Of a stretch of 64,000 bases of DNA, positions 1 to 13,057 are shown piece by piece. How positions within the stretch are numbered: the stretch's first letter is position 1; each line of letters starts with the position of its first letter. The DNA is taken from contig NC_043011.1 in NCBI RefSeq assembly GCF_006345805.1, positions 66,166,464 to 66,230,463 on the forward strand, written 5' to 3'. The stretch comes from Octopus sinensis. Taxonomy: Eukaryota. The notes under the pieces are model-generated. The model was given only the letters and a program-made list of their open reading frames with translations. It did not search any database and was not told the DNA's origin. The position numbers and the translations under genes are program-made.

Positions 1-104
1 TGCAACGGCAACACTAACATGAAAACTTTGGCATCAGAAGGCCGAAAAGATTACAAGCACTATTTCAATTTACGGAGTTGCAAATTTCTGTGACTCTACA
101 GAAT

Positions 105-245
105 AGCGGTAATAATAATAACAACAGAAACAACATCTAAAACAACAACAACAATAATAATAGTAAGAAAAACAACAAGAACAATAATAATAACAACAAC
201 AAAAACAATAGCAACAACAACGACAACAACAGACAACAGCAAGGT
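105..245. repeat. (AAC/AAT)n low-complexity trinucleotide tract
   Basis: Visible degenerate aac/aat repeats; explains the Cys/Tyr-rich ORF 70..372. Confidence 0.85.
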
Positions 246-409
246 GTGGGTATGTATATGTTATATCAACAATAGTCAGTGACACAATATAATTGATAAC
301 TAAACGATAAATTTGAGGCAATAAAAATGTAGAAAATTGTTGATATGACAGACGAAGAAACCACAACAGCAATAGATATTATACTTCAGACAGCAATACG
401 CATATGTTC

Positions 410-443
<34 letters not shown>

Positions 444-624
444 TATAGAAGAATGTTTATAATTATGAACAAGTCACAATTATAAGTAAGAGGGATTCAA
501 AACCCTTACATCTTTAGAAACAGCAGTCACAAATGCTATAAGGCCAATTAAATCACTCTTATAAAAGGTGTGTGTTGGCGACATGACAAATAGAATCGAC
601 AACTTAAAAATTACTGTTTAATTT

Positions 625-684
625 CTTCTTCCCATTTCGACGTTAAGGACCTATTAACGGATCCATTCGTCTCTTCAGGGGAAT
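625..684 (-). ncRNA. Hammerhead-like motif in a Penelope-type terminal fragment
   Basis: Minus strand reads CTGAAGA-GACG...CGTC-GAAA (core plus stem II). Stem III is not clearly formed. Confidence 0.35.
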
Positions 685-704
685 ATTCCTGTACATAGAC
701 ATCA

Positions 705-815
705 AAACAAGTTCGACAAAATAAGTACTAGGCTAACAAATAATAAGTCCAGGTGTTCGACTGATGGTGATGCTCCATCTTGGCCGCAGTCGGCTTACTG
801 AAACAAATAAAAAAT
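705..815 (+). mobile_element. 3' fragment of octopus-type tRNA-derived SINE
   Basis: aagtactaggct...tggccgcagtc...actgaaacaa matches the 3' ends of the fuller copies at 13748, 44191 and 46075. Confidence 0.65.
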
Positions 816-989
816 ATAAAGGAATATTTATATATCTGTGCGTGGGGTGAGGTGTACAGCTTCATGCAAATAGACTGAAAGAATTTTTACGATACATGAA
901 ACTGATTATAAATACTAAATCAATGGAAGTTGACAGATGTAATGACAGATAATATGTATTACAACAAAAGCATTAATTATTCAATATGG

Positions 990-1344
990 CAATTAATGTG
1001 ATAACGTGGGAAAGCTAATTACTTGAAGCTGTCGCAAACTCCACCTGTTTGATTTTGCGTGTCGCACGCACGAAGCTGACCTTGAAGGTGTTGATATTTG
1101 AGTGCGGTGAAACATTGGTCTTTCCTTGTACATCAAAAGTACGTCCCATCAAAAGTAATCAATTTTCACAGCAAGGCAATCACTGTAGCGCCCCAAAACC
1201 TGGGCGAGAGAGTGGTCTTCAAAAAAAAAAATGGTACCTTCTCAATAGGGAAGAGTTGCGTTGTTTGTTACCTATGGCATGACGGAGACTCCTGGATCAG
1301 CACCATATTGTCAGAGCCCAAACTTCTCCATTCAATGTAAGAGA

Positions 1345-1389
<45 letters not shown>

Positions 1390-1670
1390 CAGGATGTTCA
1401 GATACTCCTCTGTGCTTATGTTCAGGCCAAACTCAATGAACTGTGGATCCATGTCACTTCCATAAATCGTCACGGCTACAAATAACATAAGAAAAGCAGG
1501 ATTCTTACTCCCAAACACAGTGCGGATATCAGAATGTTTGTATGACATCACTCGAGAAATTATGTGATTCAACTTAGCGTCCATAGTGAACTTCTCTTTC
1601 AAAAACACGAGAGGTTCTCCTGAAACTTTGTGTTTGAAGAATACTCCTGTATGGCCATGCGTTGGCAACC
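990..1670 (-). mobile_element. Degenerate Tc1/mariner-superfamily transposase remnant (DD37D/maT-like), split by (GA)n
   Basis: Translations give ..EKFTMDAKLN..GSKNPAFLMLFVAV..DMDPQFIEFGLNISTEEYLNILK, then MVLIQESPSCH..TQLF..DYF*WDVL and KTNVSPHSNINTFK. This follows the catalytic-domain layout but has stops and frameshifts. Confidence 0.65.
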
Positions 1671-1834
1671 ACAGGTGTAAGTCGCTATTTCTTGTTCACC
1701 TCTCCTGCGATGTCTAGCAAAGCGCAAACACATTTTTTATAATGGTGGTAAAAGGGGAGAGAATGATTTCCTTACAACTACTTCATGAACAGTTGGATTC
1801 ATCAAGACATGTTTAACACTGCTCTCAATATTCT

Positions 1835-2239
1835 CTTGGATTCCAGATCTAGGAACAGTAATAATTACATAACCGATGCCTCAACTCAAACCTAAGACTG
1901 CAAAATACAAATGAATAAAAGAATGAAGTATTATATGCTTGTAATTATGTGTGTTTATGCATACCAGCTGCGTTTCCAATCAAACGGTGCATGTAGGTTT
2001 ATTCTCTAATTAACTGCCATAAAGTAAACAATTTGCATATGGCACTACTGGAATTCTTTCTCTGTTCTACCGTTAGTTCCCTTTCTTCTATCGTGCAAGC
2101 AAAAAAAAATATGTATATAAAATATACAATAATAAAAACTATAGGATAAGCAACATATGTTACTTATTATCTTTTTAAAATAACACGCTCAGTAGTGTGC
2201 TGCATCATAAAACATCTAAACTGAAGCGAGAAAACCAAG
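1835..2239 (+). promoter_or_regulatory. Promoter/5' region of gene 1 (TATA at 2114-2121; CAGCTG and CCAAT block at 1951-1983)
   Basis: Blocks align with 12610-13057 upstream of gene 2. TATATAAA lies 126 nt before the ATG. Confidence 0.6.
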
Positions 2240-3594
2240 ATGAAGCTCTGTATATTTACTTTTATCCTCTTCTTTGGTAAGTTGTTGATTCGTGAATTTT
2301 CCGTTAGAAATTAATTATCTCTATAACTTCACTATATAACTCCATGTAGCATTCAATCCACATAGCAATCTAGTTCTATATTGATTTGATGATGTATCGC
2401 ATGACCTATATATATTTCTACCGATCAACGAATAACGCAATTATTCAAGTCTTGTCACAATGCCAGCAATGTGGAGGGGTAGAAATCAATTACATCGACC
2501 TTAGGTTTTAAAAGCACAGAGCTTATCGACCGCGAAATAATCAAATGCAAAATTCCATCTCGGCGCGATTTGAACCCAGGACGTTAAGACAGACGATATC
2601 GCGCAAAGCATATTCCTCGCCGAGTTAACGATTCTACCATCCCCCCCTCTTAAGTCATTCATATATCAATGGTCTTTTTTCCCAGCATTTATATATTTAG
2701 AATTTATCTCTGTCCATAACATTCACCAGTTACATATATCTATCTATATATATATATAAGAGGCTTTGGGTCTTAATTGTGTGCACATTTTGGTATGTCA
2801 GAGGTTGGCGGCTAGACTAGTGGTCAGATCAAGCTGAAAATTGTCACAGGCATAGAATGCGCAATGAGGCAGGGAGTTGAGTAGGTTAAAACATCTTGAG
2901 AAATGTGGTTGCTATGGTGAGAAGAGTGATTTTGTATCGATTCAAGGGGTCTATAATGCCCTCCAGATTGGCGCGATTGGCATCTAATTTAATCTATAAA
3001 ATGAAAAAGGTGAACGTTGATACAAATTGGATTTTTATGTAAAAGGGGGTCTAAATGGGGCTGGAAGGGGATTAAAATTTATAGGAGAGGTGAGAAATTG
3101 ACTGGGAGAGGTGTTGGGGCGCTACAGTGATTGCCTTGCTGTGAAAACTGGGATTTTATTGATTTTGGGGGACACTTGGTCGTCTACATTGGACACATTT
3201 TTCCCGATTTCAGTTAAATTTTCAACATGGTAAAGTGGAAGCGGATTTGTAATTTAAGCGCGGAAGATCGGTTCGATATTTTGAAAATTAAGGTAATATA
3301 TATTTTGTATACAAAATGGCTGACAGTTAGTTAGGAGAGACACAAATAAGAAAGAAGAAAACAAAGGACCACTGATTCGGTCACAGGAGTGTGATGAAAG
3401 AACTCTGGCCGAAATAAGATTAAGATTAATGTACAAAATAAATAACACTGAAGCAAAATAACACCAAATATATAGTGCGTGTGTTTTTATTGGCTAAACT
3501 GGCAAAATGACCATTCCGAAATATAACAATATCTGTTTCAACACACGACTTCACATAAAGAATCTTGCACAGCAAATATATAACGTAAATATAT

Positions 3595-3674
<80 letters not shown>

Positions 3675-4102
3675 ACGTGACTGCGTGTGTATCGTTAGCG
3701 ATTTTTTCCTGGTATTCATGTTGCCACATCAATACTAGTATACTCGTCTGAACGCCAAAAAATACAGAACGAGAACAGTGAAGAAGTTTCAATGAAAATA
3801 ATAATGCAATACAAATGTATTACTTTCCAGTTGTCCATTTATCGAATGTTCTTCCTAGTGGTAAGACAATTTTTTTCCATGTTTGTTGCACACACGCATC
3901 TTTGCTAGTATATACGCGGTGAAGCTATACAATAGCGTTATATATATATATATTATATATAATATATATATATATATCGATTGCTATTTTCCAGTAAATA
4001 TTGGTGCGTTGTTGTACCATTTATCTACTTTTATATGTATAATTTAACCCTTATCGGGGCTACCTTTTACTGGAAAGTAATACATTTGTATTGCATTATT
4101 AT

Positions 4103-4201
<99 letters not shown>

Positions 4202-4679
4202 CAAGCAGGTTAGTGGTTACTAGAATATTAGTTAAATGTATTAGAACAATAGCAAGTATGCTTTCCAAATATCAGAAAAAAGTTCTAACAATGAAGGGAA
4301 TAGAATTTCGAGACAGGCCAGGAGTGATAGATTGAGAATACATTCCATGAATAAGCCAAGTTTTAAAATGGACTTTACTACAGATGCAGAATTCTCTTTC
4401 TAAAATATCCGATATTATTATTAAAAAATGCATTATAGGATCGAATTCAAAACGTACTTTGAATAAATAATTTCACATCGTAATTAGTTGAACAAATAAT
4501 AATAAACATTAATTTTATAGGAGTAACTATCTCAAGACGCTGCGAGGAAATAGCAAAACAGCATTGCCCAGTGCCATACGAAGCATATCGACGATATGAC
4601 TTCGACTGTACGTATGTATCATCGTATTTCTACGTTTATACTTACAAATAGTACATTGTACCTGTAACTATGTATACAT

Positions 4680-4737
<58 letters not shown>

Positions 4738-4807
4738 ACATTAAGAGAAAAGAAACTGATAGACGTTTGGAGTAATCAATTACTTTTTTTAATTATGTAT
4801 GTGTATA

Positions 4808-4859
<52 letters not shown>

Positions 4860-6752
4860 CGTATATATAATATATATGTTATTTAGAGGCAGTAGTCCCC
4901 TTCATCCCACCATATAAAATAATTTTAATTTAAATTAATACTTACTACTCATTTCTAAGCTACACATGTTTCTTGTGGTTCTTTTACGGTTCCTTAAGCA
5001 CACAGTATTTTACAGGAACCTTTCTTAAAATGTAAACCCAATCATCAGTCCTCTAAATAACTTTCTCATAATTCGACACCAAATACTATATTTTAAGTTT
5101 AACATATAAGTATGTGTATGTATAACTATGTTTACCGGACTTTACTGTGCAAGCCATAATTTAATTAAAATAAACTTAATAAAATTAAAAATTAAAAAAT
5201 AAAAATGTACGAATGACAAAATGCATATATGTTAAAATTAAAATATAGTATTTGGTATCGAACTATGATAAAATTATTTAGAGGCCTGATGGTTGTGGTT
5301 ACATTTTAAGAAAGATTCCTTTAAAACACTGCGTTCTTAAGGAACCGTAAAAGAACCTCAAGAAACACATGTAGCTGAGAAATGAGTAGTAAGTATTAAT
5401 TTAAATTAAAATTATTTTATATGGTGGGATGAAAGGGTCTACTGTCACTAAATAACGTATATATTTCCCTATTGACAATAATTTGAACCCCTGTGATGCC
5501 GGAAGTTTTACTCCCTAATAAATAATATATAAGTGTATCTATAAATAAATAAATGGAGTTAAACGCAGGTGTTACGCAAATTCTTTTACTTCCGATACAT
5601 GTTTCGAAGATATCATTTGTATTATTCCAAAGGAATAAAATGGTGTAAAACAACGTTATCTTTTCTTCAGGGAAATGAAGAAATGAAACTCCTCAATAAG
5701 CCATTTTAACAGAATATGATGGATATGTAAATTTATGGACTGAACGCTATTAAGTTTCTTTTTTAAACCTAAGAGGTAGCCTATACAAAGAGGAGGGTAA
5801 AAGCAAACAAAAAAATAGAAAACACATAAATGAGAAGTTTAGAACGATATACAAATTAAATAAAACCCTAAAGTCTTGGAAAAAAGACATATCTAGTGAA
5901 AATGAGATGTAAGACGAACATCAATGTTTAAATTATACATATTGATAGACATTACTTATATAAACTGAAACTGTGTTTCCGCCGATGTTTACATCGGTAA
6001 GCACTCTCTATAACCGTGGTTTTCATGTTACGATGGGAAGTTCTTATTCAGTACACGTAGCTGATTTAGTCAGTATACATATACTTTATGAAATTGCAGA
6101 ACAGCTCCCAAGCATCAATGGAGGTCTGTATCGTGATGATTGTTTACTTTACCTTCAAAACGATTCTGACCAAAAAGTACAAAAAGTTAAGAATAGTTTA
6201 GTCAAGTCTTTTTTCCGTAGAATAGGCTTAGGAATCGTTTTTGATGATCGGGTAATGAAGGCCAACTTTTAAGATATTACACTTAACTTACAAAATAATT
6301 CGTACTTCCCATACTACAAACCATCGACTAATCTTAAGTGTATTAGGCAATTCTGTAATCATTCAAGGGCCAACACTTGGAACTCAGTTAGGAATATTTC
6401 ATTAGATTGTCTAAGTTATCATGCTAATGTTGACATTTTCAATAAGGCTGAATTATATAACTCTGCCGTATTTAAATCAAGTTATACAGAGAAAGTTGCC
6501 TACATTAATTCCATTCAATCTTATTCTAACTTTACTAATGGGGACATAAATACATGAAATCTAGTTGTAAGGATGTAAACGATATCATTTTCAATTCATA
6601 CGTCATCATCAAACAGAGGAAGGGAGATAACCCATATTTAAACCCCACTTTTCATTCTAAAGGTAAATCGCTGTCATTTAAAGATAGTTACACTAAAAAT
6701 ATGGCAACTAATTGTAAAAATACACACACTAGGACACATGCCCTTCCCTCAC

Positions 6753-6806
<54 letters not shown>

Positions 6807-9616
6807 TGTTATAAACAAGCTAAAACCATTTTTAATGCGTAGAGTCCAATATCGTATATAATCTGAGGTATTTTCCGTCATTTAAAGATTTTATGCATTC
6901 GAAGAACAGATATTCCTCATTAGTAGCAGCGTTTTTATTTCGCAGATTAGTGCATATATCAAATATAAGACAATATTTTACTAAATTACTTACTCTATCT
7001 TTCAATAACTGTCAAAAACGATTATGATGAGAGTCTTGTTAACACATAATTTAAAGTCCCGCACATTTTAATTATGTTGTAACTGTTATGAACATGAAAG
7101 TTTAATTCGCTCACTTCTTACGCCTTAAAGACATACAATCATTAAGTAAGCTTTTTGCTATAGGCAAAATGTCTATAATTTTGTGAGTGTGGTCTTCCAG
7201 GACCTAGATTCCAGGGCCCGACTGTATTTCTATTATCGTTTCAAAAAAGAAGAAACAAAGTGTGGACCTCAGCATCATTTGAACTCAGAATGTAAACATG
7301 GATGAAATAGTGATTCGTATTTTGTTTATATTTTTTATTAAAACTATTCTCCTAAAACATTTCTGACCAATATTCGATGTGTAATATTTGAAGTGTAATA
7401 ATGGCAGTCGAAAATATAAATTAGGCACACCGTTGTTATGCAACCAAGACTTAAGTAGTCTCAATAACGCAAGAAAATCATGGTATTTTATATAAAATTG
7501 TCGTATTTCTTCGTCTTCCAGAGGTTATAAAAAGTTTCTGAGATGCTTTCATGGACAAGATAGTAAATGTTATGGATTCTTTAAATACCATCCTAACTGC
7601 ATGGTAAGGGTTTTTTTTCACTCTAATGATGTCCATTTCTATCAATGAATAACATAATACATTACAGTTTATATTCATCTTTCATCGATTACATTTAGAA
7701 TAGAAAACCACTTCTGATGCGATAAAACTAATGTTAAAAATCCACAACGACACGGTTTTACTAAATTATACAATGCATAGTATTGCCATTATACTTGCCA
7801 TTTAGGTGCAATATTCGATACGAAGTCTGGTCAACCGTAAAGATTTCAGGGGGCAATTCATAGGAGGAACTTCTTGTATTTCATATTTTAGCTGAACAAA
7901 TGCGGAGACGTGTTAACATTTTTTTTAAGTAGGGGAAACAGTAAAATAAATATTTGTGGAATCCTTTTGTATGCAATCATACCAAAAGAAATCTCAATAA
8001 CGGAGGTACATATTCACTTCACATTATTAAATACGAACTCAAATGTTTGAGTTCTTCATAATTTACAAAATGTTTTACGATTATTTTGATAAGATTTTAG
8101 AAGGGTTTACGTGTTACGTAATTTAAACACATCAAGAATGCGAATAATAACAAAGAAAATTAATCGTACCGCCTAAACCTTTTAGGGAGAAACGTTTTAA
8201 AGAATATATATCAAAATATTTCCCTCACCAGTTTTGTAATCGATATAAACTAAATTTTAATTTGGACGCTAAATGAATGAGATTCGTCAGTCTAAGTGTT
8301 CGTTATTATTTCCAAGATCTTGATAACAACACGAGAAGCAATCTGTATCATTTTGATTGTGTCTTTATAATTGAAATGATTTTAAATACGAACATTTTAC
8401 CGTCATTCAATTTACTATGTACACTCTCTCAAATTTCAGCACAGGAATACTTCAAATAAGAAAGTAAAGGTATGTGCTTGTGATTTCCCCGTAAAAATTA
8501 CAAAAAATATGATAATCTTACTACAGTAACGTCGGTATTCTTATCCATATAACTACATCAGGAACCAGATACACTGCCGGTGTTTAAAACACATATAATT
8601 TGTTTAAACATGAACTACAAAACTAACTCGTAAGGAGTGAAGCCATAATATGAATATAAGACCGAATATTGCTCGCGCAATCGTTTTTAGTTATCCTCAC
8701 CATGTGTTACAAAAATAATTTCCATTTTTGTCACCTCTGACTATCACAAAAGAGTTGGACATATACATGGTTATAAAATCAACTCCATTTGTTTTTGCTT
8801 TTTTTTATTTGATTTTTAAAACTTAAATCTAAATAGTAAATTTCTAATATTATTTAACGTAGAAATTCCTTTTCCTGAAGTTTTACCACATATTTCTTTA
8901 TCGTTATTTCAACGTCCAAAAACATTGACTATTTGCAGACCAAAATATGATATAGATGCCATATACCCATTACTAATTGCAGTGTTATCATGATACCATT
9001 TCAAATAAGTTTAGGCAGCAATCCAATGAGAAATTCCATGTTATTATGTTATATATGTATTAACATTAATTGTAATTTATGAATATACCAAAACCTGAGA
9101 AACAATTTCCTTTGTTCAGAAAATACACGATTAACCTCCCAATAACGTAAGATTCTCACATGAATATCATGAATGTATCTTCAATTTGGAATCACTCTTG
9201 AAGCCTTATCTGGTAAATCAGCGCCTCATGCGTTTTGTCCCATAAACATCACGCGCCGCCTAAGTGGGACAGGGAGAAGTGAATTTGGCTTTGTCATGGA
9301 CACTTTCCATCTGCCCTTTCTTTATGAACAAAATCTACCACGGACTGTTCTTTGTTGCTAATGTTATCTCTCTGATGGCTGTACTACATTGTGTTTGAAT
9401 GCAATGATGTTTTACAACAAGAACCATCACGTAATAACGTAAAATAACGGCAGCTAGTATTCAATTCTAAAAATATATAACAAAATATTTGTATATATTA
9501 TACCGGCTTCCTTTGTTGTTGTCATTAATTATATATTTTTTCTATTCTATTTGCAGGGGACAATTCAGCAAGTATTCCTTACAGTACTTGGGGTTACATT
9601 ATTAATAAAATACTGA
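2240..9616 (+). CDS. Gene 1: secreted/GPI-anchored 6-Cys protein, 99 aa, 5 exons
   Basis: Exons 2240-2276, 4521-4611, 7522-7603, 8440-8469, 9557-9616, all GT-AG, intron phases 1,2,0,0, total 300 nt. Protein MKLCIFTFILFFGVTISRRCEEIAKQHCPVPYEAYRRYDFDCTGYKKFLRCFHGQDSKCYGFFKYHPNCMHRNTSNKKVKGTIQQVFLTVLGVTLLIKY*. The structure recurs in two paralogs. Confidence 0.9.
2470..2645 (-). mobile_element. Degenerate tRNA-derived SINE (family of 32713-32943)
   Basis: Reverse-complement similarity to the cleaner copy at 32713 (B-box-like ttcaaat, cgccgag, gtcgatgtaattga). Confidence 0.6.
2745..3420. mobile_element. Non-autonomous Helitron/Helentron-like element
   Basis: Starts from a (TA)n tract. Shares gggtctaaatggggctggaaggggattaaaattta with the elements at 35170-35220 and 35800-35850. 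Confidence 0.4.
4890..5444. mobile_element. Foldback/MITE with ~220-bp inverted arms
   Basis: 4890-5110 is the reverse complement of about 5224-5444 (cagtag...ctactg termini) around a ~115-bp AT-rich spacer. Confidence 0.8.
5590..5674 (-). ncRNA. Type I hammerhead ribozyme motif in a Penelope-like terminal repeat
   Basis: Minus strand: ttcc-CTGAAGA-aAAGATA...TATCTTc-GAAA-CATGTA-tcGGAA. Stem II pairs, stem III is a palindromic ACATGT, GUA triplet. Confidence 0.5.
5990..6550 (+). mobile_element. Penelope-like retroelement reverse transcriptase fragment
   Basis: FHVTMGS..VADLV..GGLYRDD..F(L)DITLNL..YFPYYKP..NH motifs typical of PLE RT, with stops and frameshifts. Confidence 0.8.
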
Positions 9617-10310
9617 ATAAACATGTTAAAATAATTAACTGTTTCTGTTCGGCTGTAATTCTCATTGACGTTCATGGTACACACGTCGAAAGCTACCTTG
9701 ATAAAGATATTAATTATGGGAAGGCGTATATATGTTTCACATATTTATAAAATTTGAAAATCCAGCATCATCAGATTATGCTTTTGAATACAATCGTTTG
9801 TTTGAGCGTATTTAGTATATTCATATATACACTAAAAATTCACACGTTTATCTACAGGTGAATTTCTGAAAGGATTATGTCCACCTTTCAGGAAATTACT
9901 AACGTAATAAAACGTTCAGTTAATTAGCAACAGATTTTCTTATTCTTGCGATTGTATAAAGAATGAAATTATATTACACAAGTCTGAATCGCTAAACGAA
10001 GTGAACGGAGATTTCCTACTTTTCAGTGATTCTGAATATTGTCTTATGTTTATTTCAAATATGGTGTTAGTATTATCTGCGCTTGTGTTCGGCTGTAATT
10101 CTGACTGACGTCCAGGTACATACGTCGGAAATCTCTTCCTGTATATTCACGTTAGTTCCATTTCTTCTACAGTGCAAGCAAATAAAATGCGCACAGATTT
10201 TGCATTCATTCCCCCTCTGCGACATTGTTTTAGATAAAAATACGAAGAAATTAAGAGCGAATAACAGTAAAATAAACCGATATGAATATTGCATGTAAGC
10301 CTACATATTG

Positions 10311-10316
10311 AATAAA
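10311..10316 (+). promoter_or_regulatory. Candidate polyadenylation signal of gene 1
   Basis: AATAAA in a block (attgaataaatatatatct) conserved with 26754-26759 downstream of gene 2. Confidence 0.45.
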
Positions 10317-10339
10317 TATATATCTCTAATGCACTTTCC

Positions 10340-11416
10340 GTATATTTAAATTAATTGTACTACTTTTCAAACTTCCATGTTTTTGATTTCCTTCCAGCTT
10401 TGGTATTGTTTAAAGTCTTTCTTCGGGGTCCGTCAGTAATCTACTGTAATATTTACATTCAACTCCACTGGTACCTCCGCAACATTTCATAGCTAAGTTC
10501 TCCCCCAAATTAAACTTTACTCAACATACATTGAAGGACAAAAAAAATTTTTTTTAGATTTACAATATGATACAGTGGAACATTTAATATATGTGTGTAT
10601 GTATATATATATAGGTGTGTGTGTGTGTATATGTTACCTGTTACATACATTATATTGTTTTTCCAATTTACTTGATCTTTACTTGCCAATTGTCATTCTA
10701 ACTTTAACCTTCCTATGATATGCAATTTTCAAGATGGTGTAACTTGATTGTTCATTTTGATTCGTTAGAAGGTGGATTTTTCCCTAATATTTCATGTGTA
10801 AGCATGTATATATATATATATATATGTATATATAGTGACATTGAAGGGCGCATCTTTCGATTTACAATCTACTATAGTAGAACATTTAGTATATGTCTGT
10901 GTGTATATGTATATATATATATATATATATATCTGTGTGTGTATAGATATGTGTATTGCCTGTTATATACATTATATTATATTATTATTTTTATAATTCA
11001 CTTCCATCTTTACCTTTTAATTGTCACTTTAATTTTAACTTTCCTATGATATACCATTTTCAAGATGGTATAATTTGGTTGTTCATTTTGAACCGATAAA
11101 AAGGTTTTTTTCAAATATTTTATGTATAAGTCTGTGTGTGTATATATATGTATTGGTATAAATATCAACACACAAAAATATTTTTTCTTCTCCACTTCCT
11201 CCCTTATTTTTATTTTTATTTATTTTTTATATTTTTTTTATTTTTTATATTTTTTTTATTTTTTTTATTTTTTATTTTTTATTATTTTTATATTTTTATA
11301 TTTTTATTTTTTATTCTTTATTTTATTATTTTTTTTATTTTCATTTTTATATTTATTTTTATTTTTATTTTCCCTTTTCTCTTTTTGTCTCTCTCCCCTT
11401 CTCCAAACACACAGAG

Positions 11417-11447
<31 letters not shown>

Positions 11448-11658
11448 AACACATACGGACACACAGACACACACACACACACACACACCTCCACAAAATG
11501 ATCATAGAAAGTGTGACCCCAAATGACATTTGTCCGGCCAACCTACGCACAACACACACTCAGTGACATCAAAATGGACAGAGCCAAAATTCTTATAAAA
11601 CCACAGGAGGTCCAGTAGGCCAACGGATATAAAACTTCTTCCCTCTCAGATATAAACG

Positions 11659-11689
<31 letters not shown>

Positions 11690-11986
11690 ATACACACACA
11701 CACATGCACACATACACACACATATACACACACACATACACATACACACATGTTTTCTCTGTCTCACTTCCTCCTCACCCTCTTATACTGTCTTATTCCT
11801 ACGCACTACTACGAAACTATAAAGTGTTCAAATTCCCCACAATTGATTTGATTTGAAAACCCCACTAGATTGGGAGAAAGCGCTAATCCGAATGATATGA
11901 TCTGAATTATATGTTATATATGTAAAAAATGTAATATATAAATAAATATCTACAAATATGAACCATCCGATCTGATTACCTCATTT

Positions 11987-12029
<43 letters not shown>

Positions 12030-12190
12030 ATTTAGGTATACATATTATGCTTGTGAAATCTCTCACCTTGCTCTTCACATACATTGCCAATGTTCTCCTC
12101 CGTGCAATACCCGAGGGGCCACTGACGAAACTGTATTTTAACATTAACGGTGCACCCAGACTTTTTAAAAATTTGCAACATGATATCAGC
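10340..12190 (-). mobile_element. Split Chapaev-like transposase remnant (pieces 10340-10480 and 12050-12190)
   Basis: Both pieces align with 26790-27070. The intervening 1.5 kb is simple repeats and AT-rich low-complexity insertion. Confidence 0.45.
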
Positions 12191-12609
12191 AGTGATTTGA
12201 AATTTAAACACGTATCACCAAAGGCTGACCCCGGGAACTACTAACACTACATTATACCATGAGTTAGCAATCATATACACAGCTTTTGAAAGTAATCTTC
12301 ACTGTCGGAGTAGCCAACGGGTATTTGATAAACAATTTACCTGCATTTAGGTTGCTATTTTATCTTAATATTAGAAAACAATATTAATTAATACGGAACT
12401 ATTTTGTTGCAGAAAATGAATCAGATGCCGCAAATATATCAAATAATTAAAAGAAACTTAATTCTGCCAGCTTACAGCACAGCCCCAGCAAGAGCAAACT
12501 AGGGACAGATTGCAAAGGAGTCCCTATCACGCTACGTACCAAGAGATTTAGCATTTACAGGATCTCATGACTCTACCAGACTTAACATTAGACTGTATGT
12601 CTCATCTAA

Positions 12610-13057
12610 CTCGGATTCCAGATCTAGAAACAGTAATAATTACATAACCACTGCCTGAATTTAAATCTAAAACTGGAAAACAGAAATGAGTAAAAGAATG
12701 AAATATTATATACGTGTATTTATATGTGGGCATGAGTGTTTATGCGTACCAGCTGCGTTTCCAATCAAGTAGTGCACACGTGTTATTATATTTTCTAATT
12801 AACTGCCTTGAAGCAATTAACTGCAAATGGCACTACTGAAACTCTTTCTCTATATTAACGTTTGCTCCCTTCCTTCAACACTGCAGGCAAATAAAATACG
12901 TATAAAATATACAATAATTCAAATTATAGAATAAACAGTTTAAAATGTCATATTTACTAGCTTGTGCGAAACATATGTTACATATTATCTGTTTCAAATA
13001 AGACAACCAAGTAACTGCTATATCACAATCCACCAATATTGAAGAGACAAAACCAAG
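12610..13057 (+). promoter_or_regulatory. Promoter/5' region of gene 2 (TATAAAA at 12901-12907)
   Basis: Homologous to 1835-2239; block 12736-12768 is 32/33 identical to 1951-1983. Confidence 0.6.

Noticed and set aside
6946-6969. Possible micro-exon ISAY(I/M)KYK conserved with 21571-21594
   Set aside because: The acceptor is intact in only one copy and the donor only in the other. The phase is incompatible with the phase-2 intron, and exon 2 joins exon 3 cleanly without it.
9655-9700. GACGT..ACGTC-GAAA stem-loop in the 3'UTR resembling a hammerhead
   Set aside because: The CUGANGA core is absent or broken and pairing is lost in the gene 2 copy.
9557-9760. Alternative reading of the last exon (GDNSASIPYSTWGYIINKIL...)
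   Set aside because: It needs a phase-1 acceptor, but exon 4 is open only in phase 0. The 19-aa frame is matched in length and hydrophobicity by gene 3.
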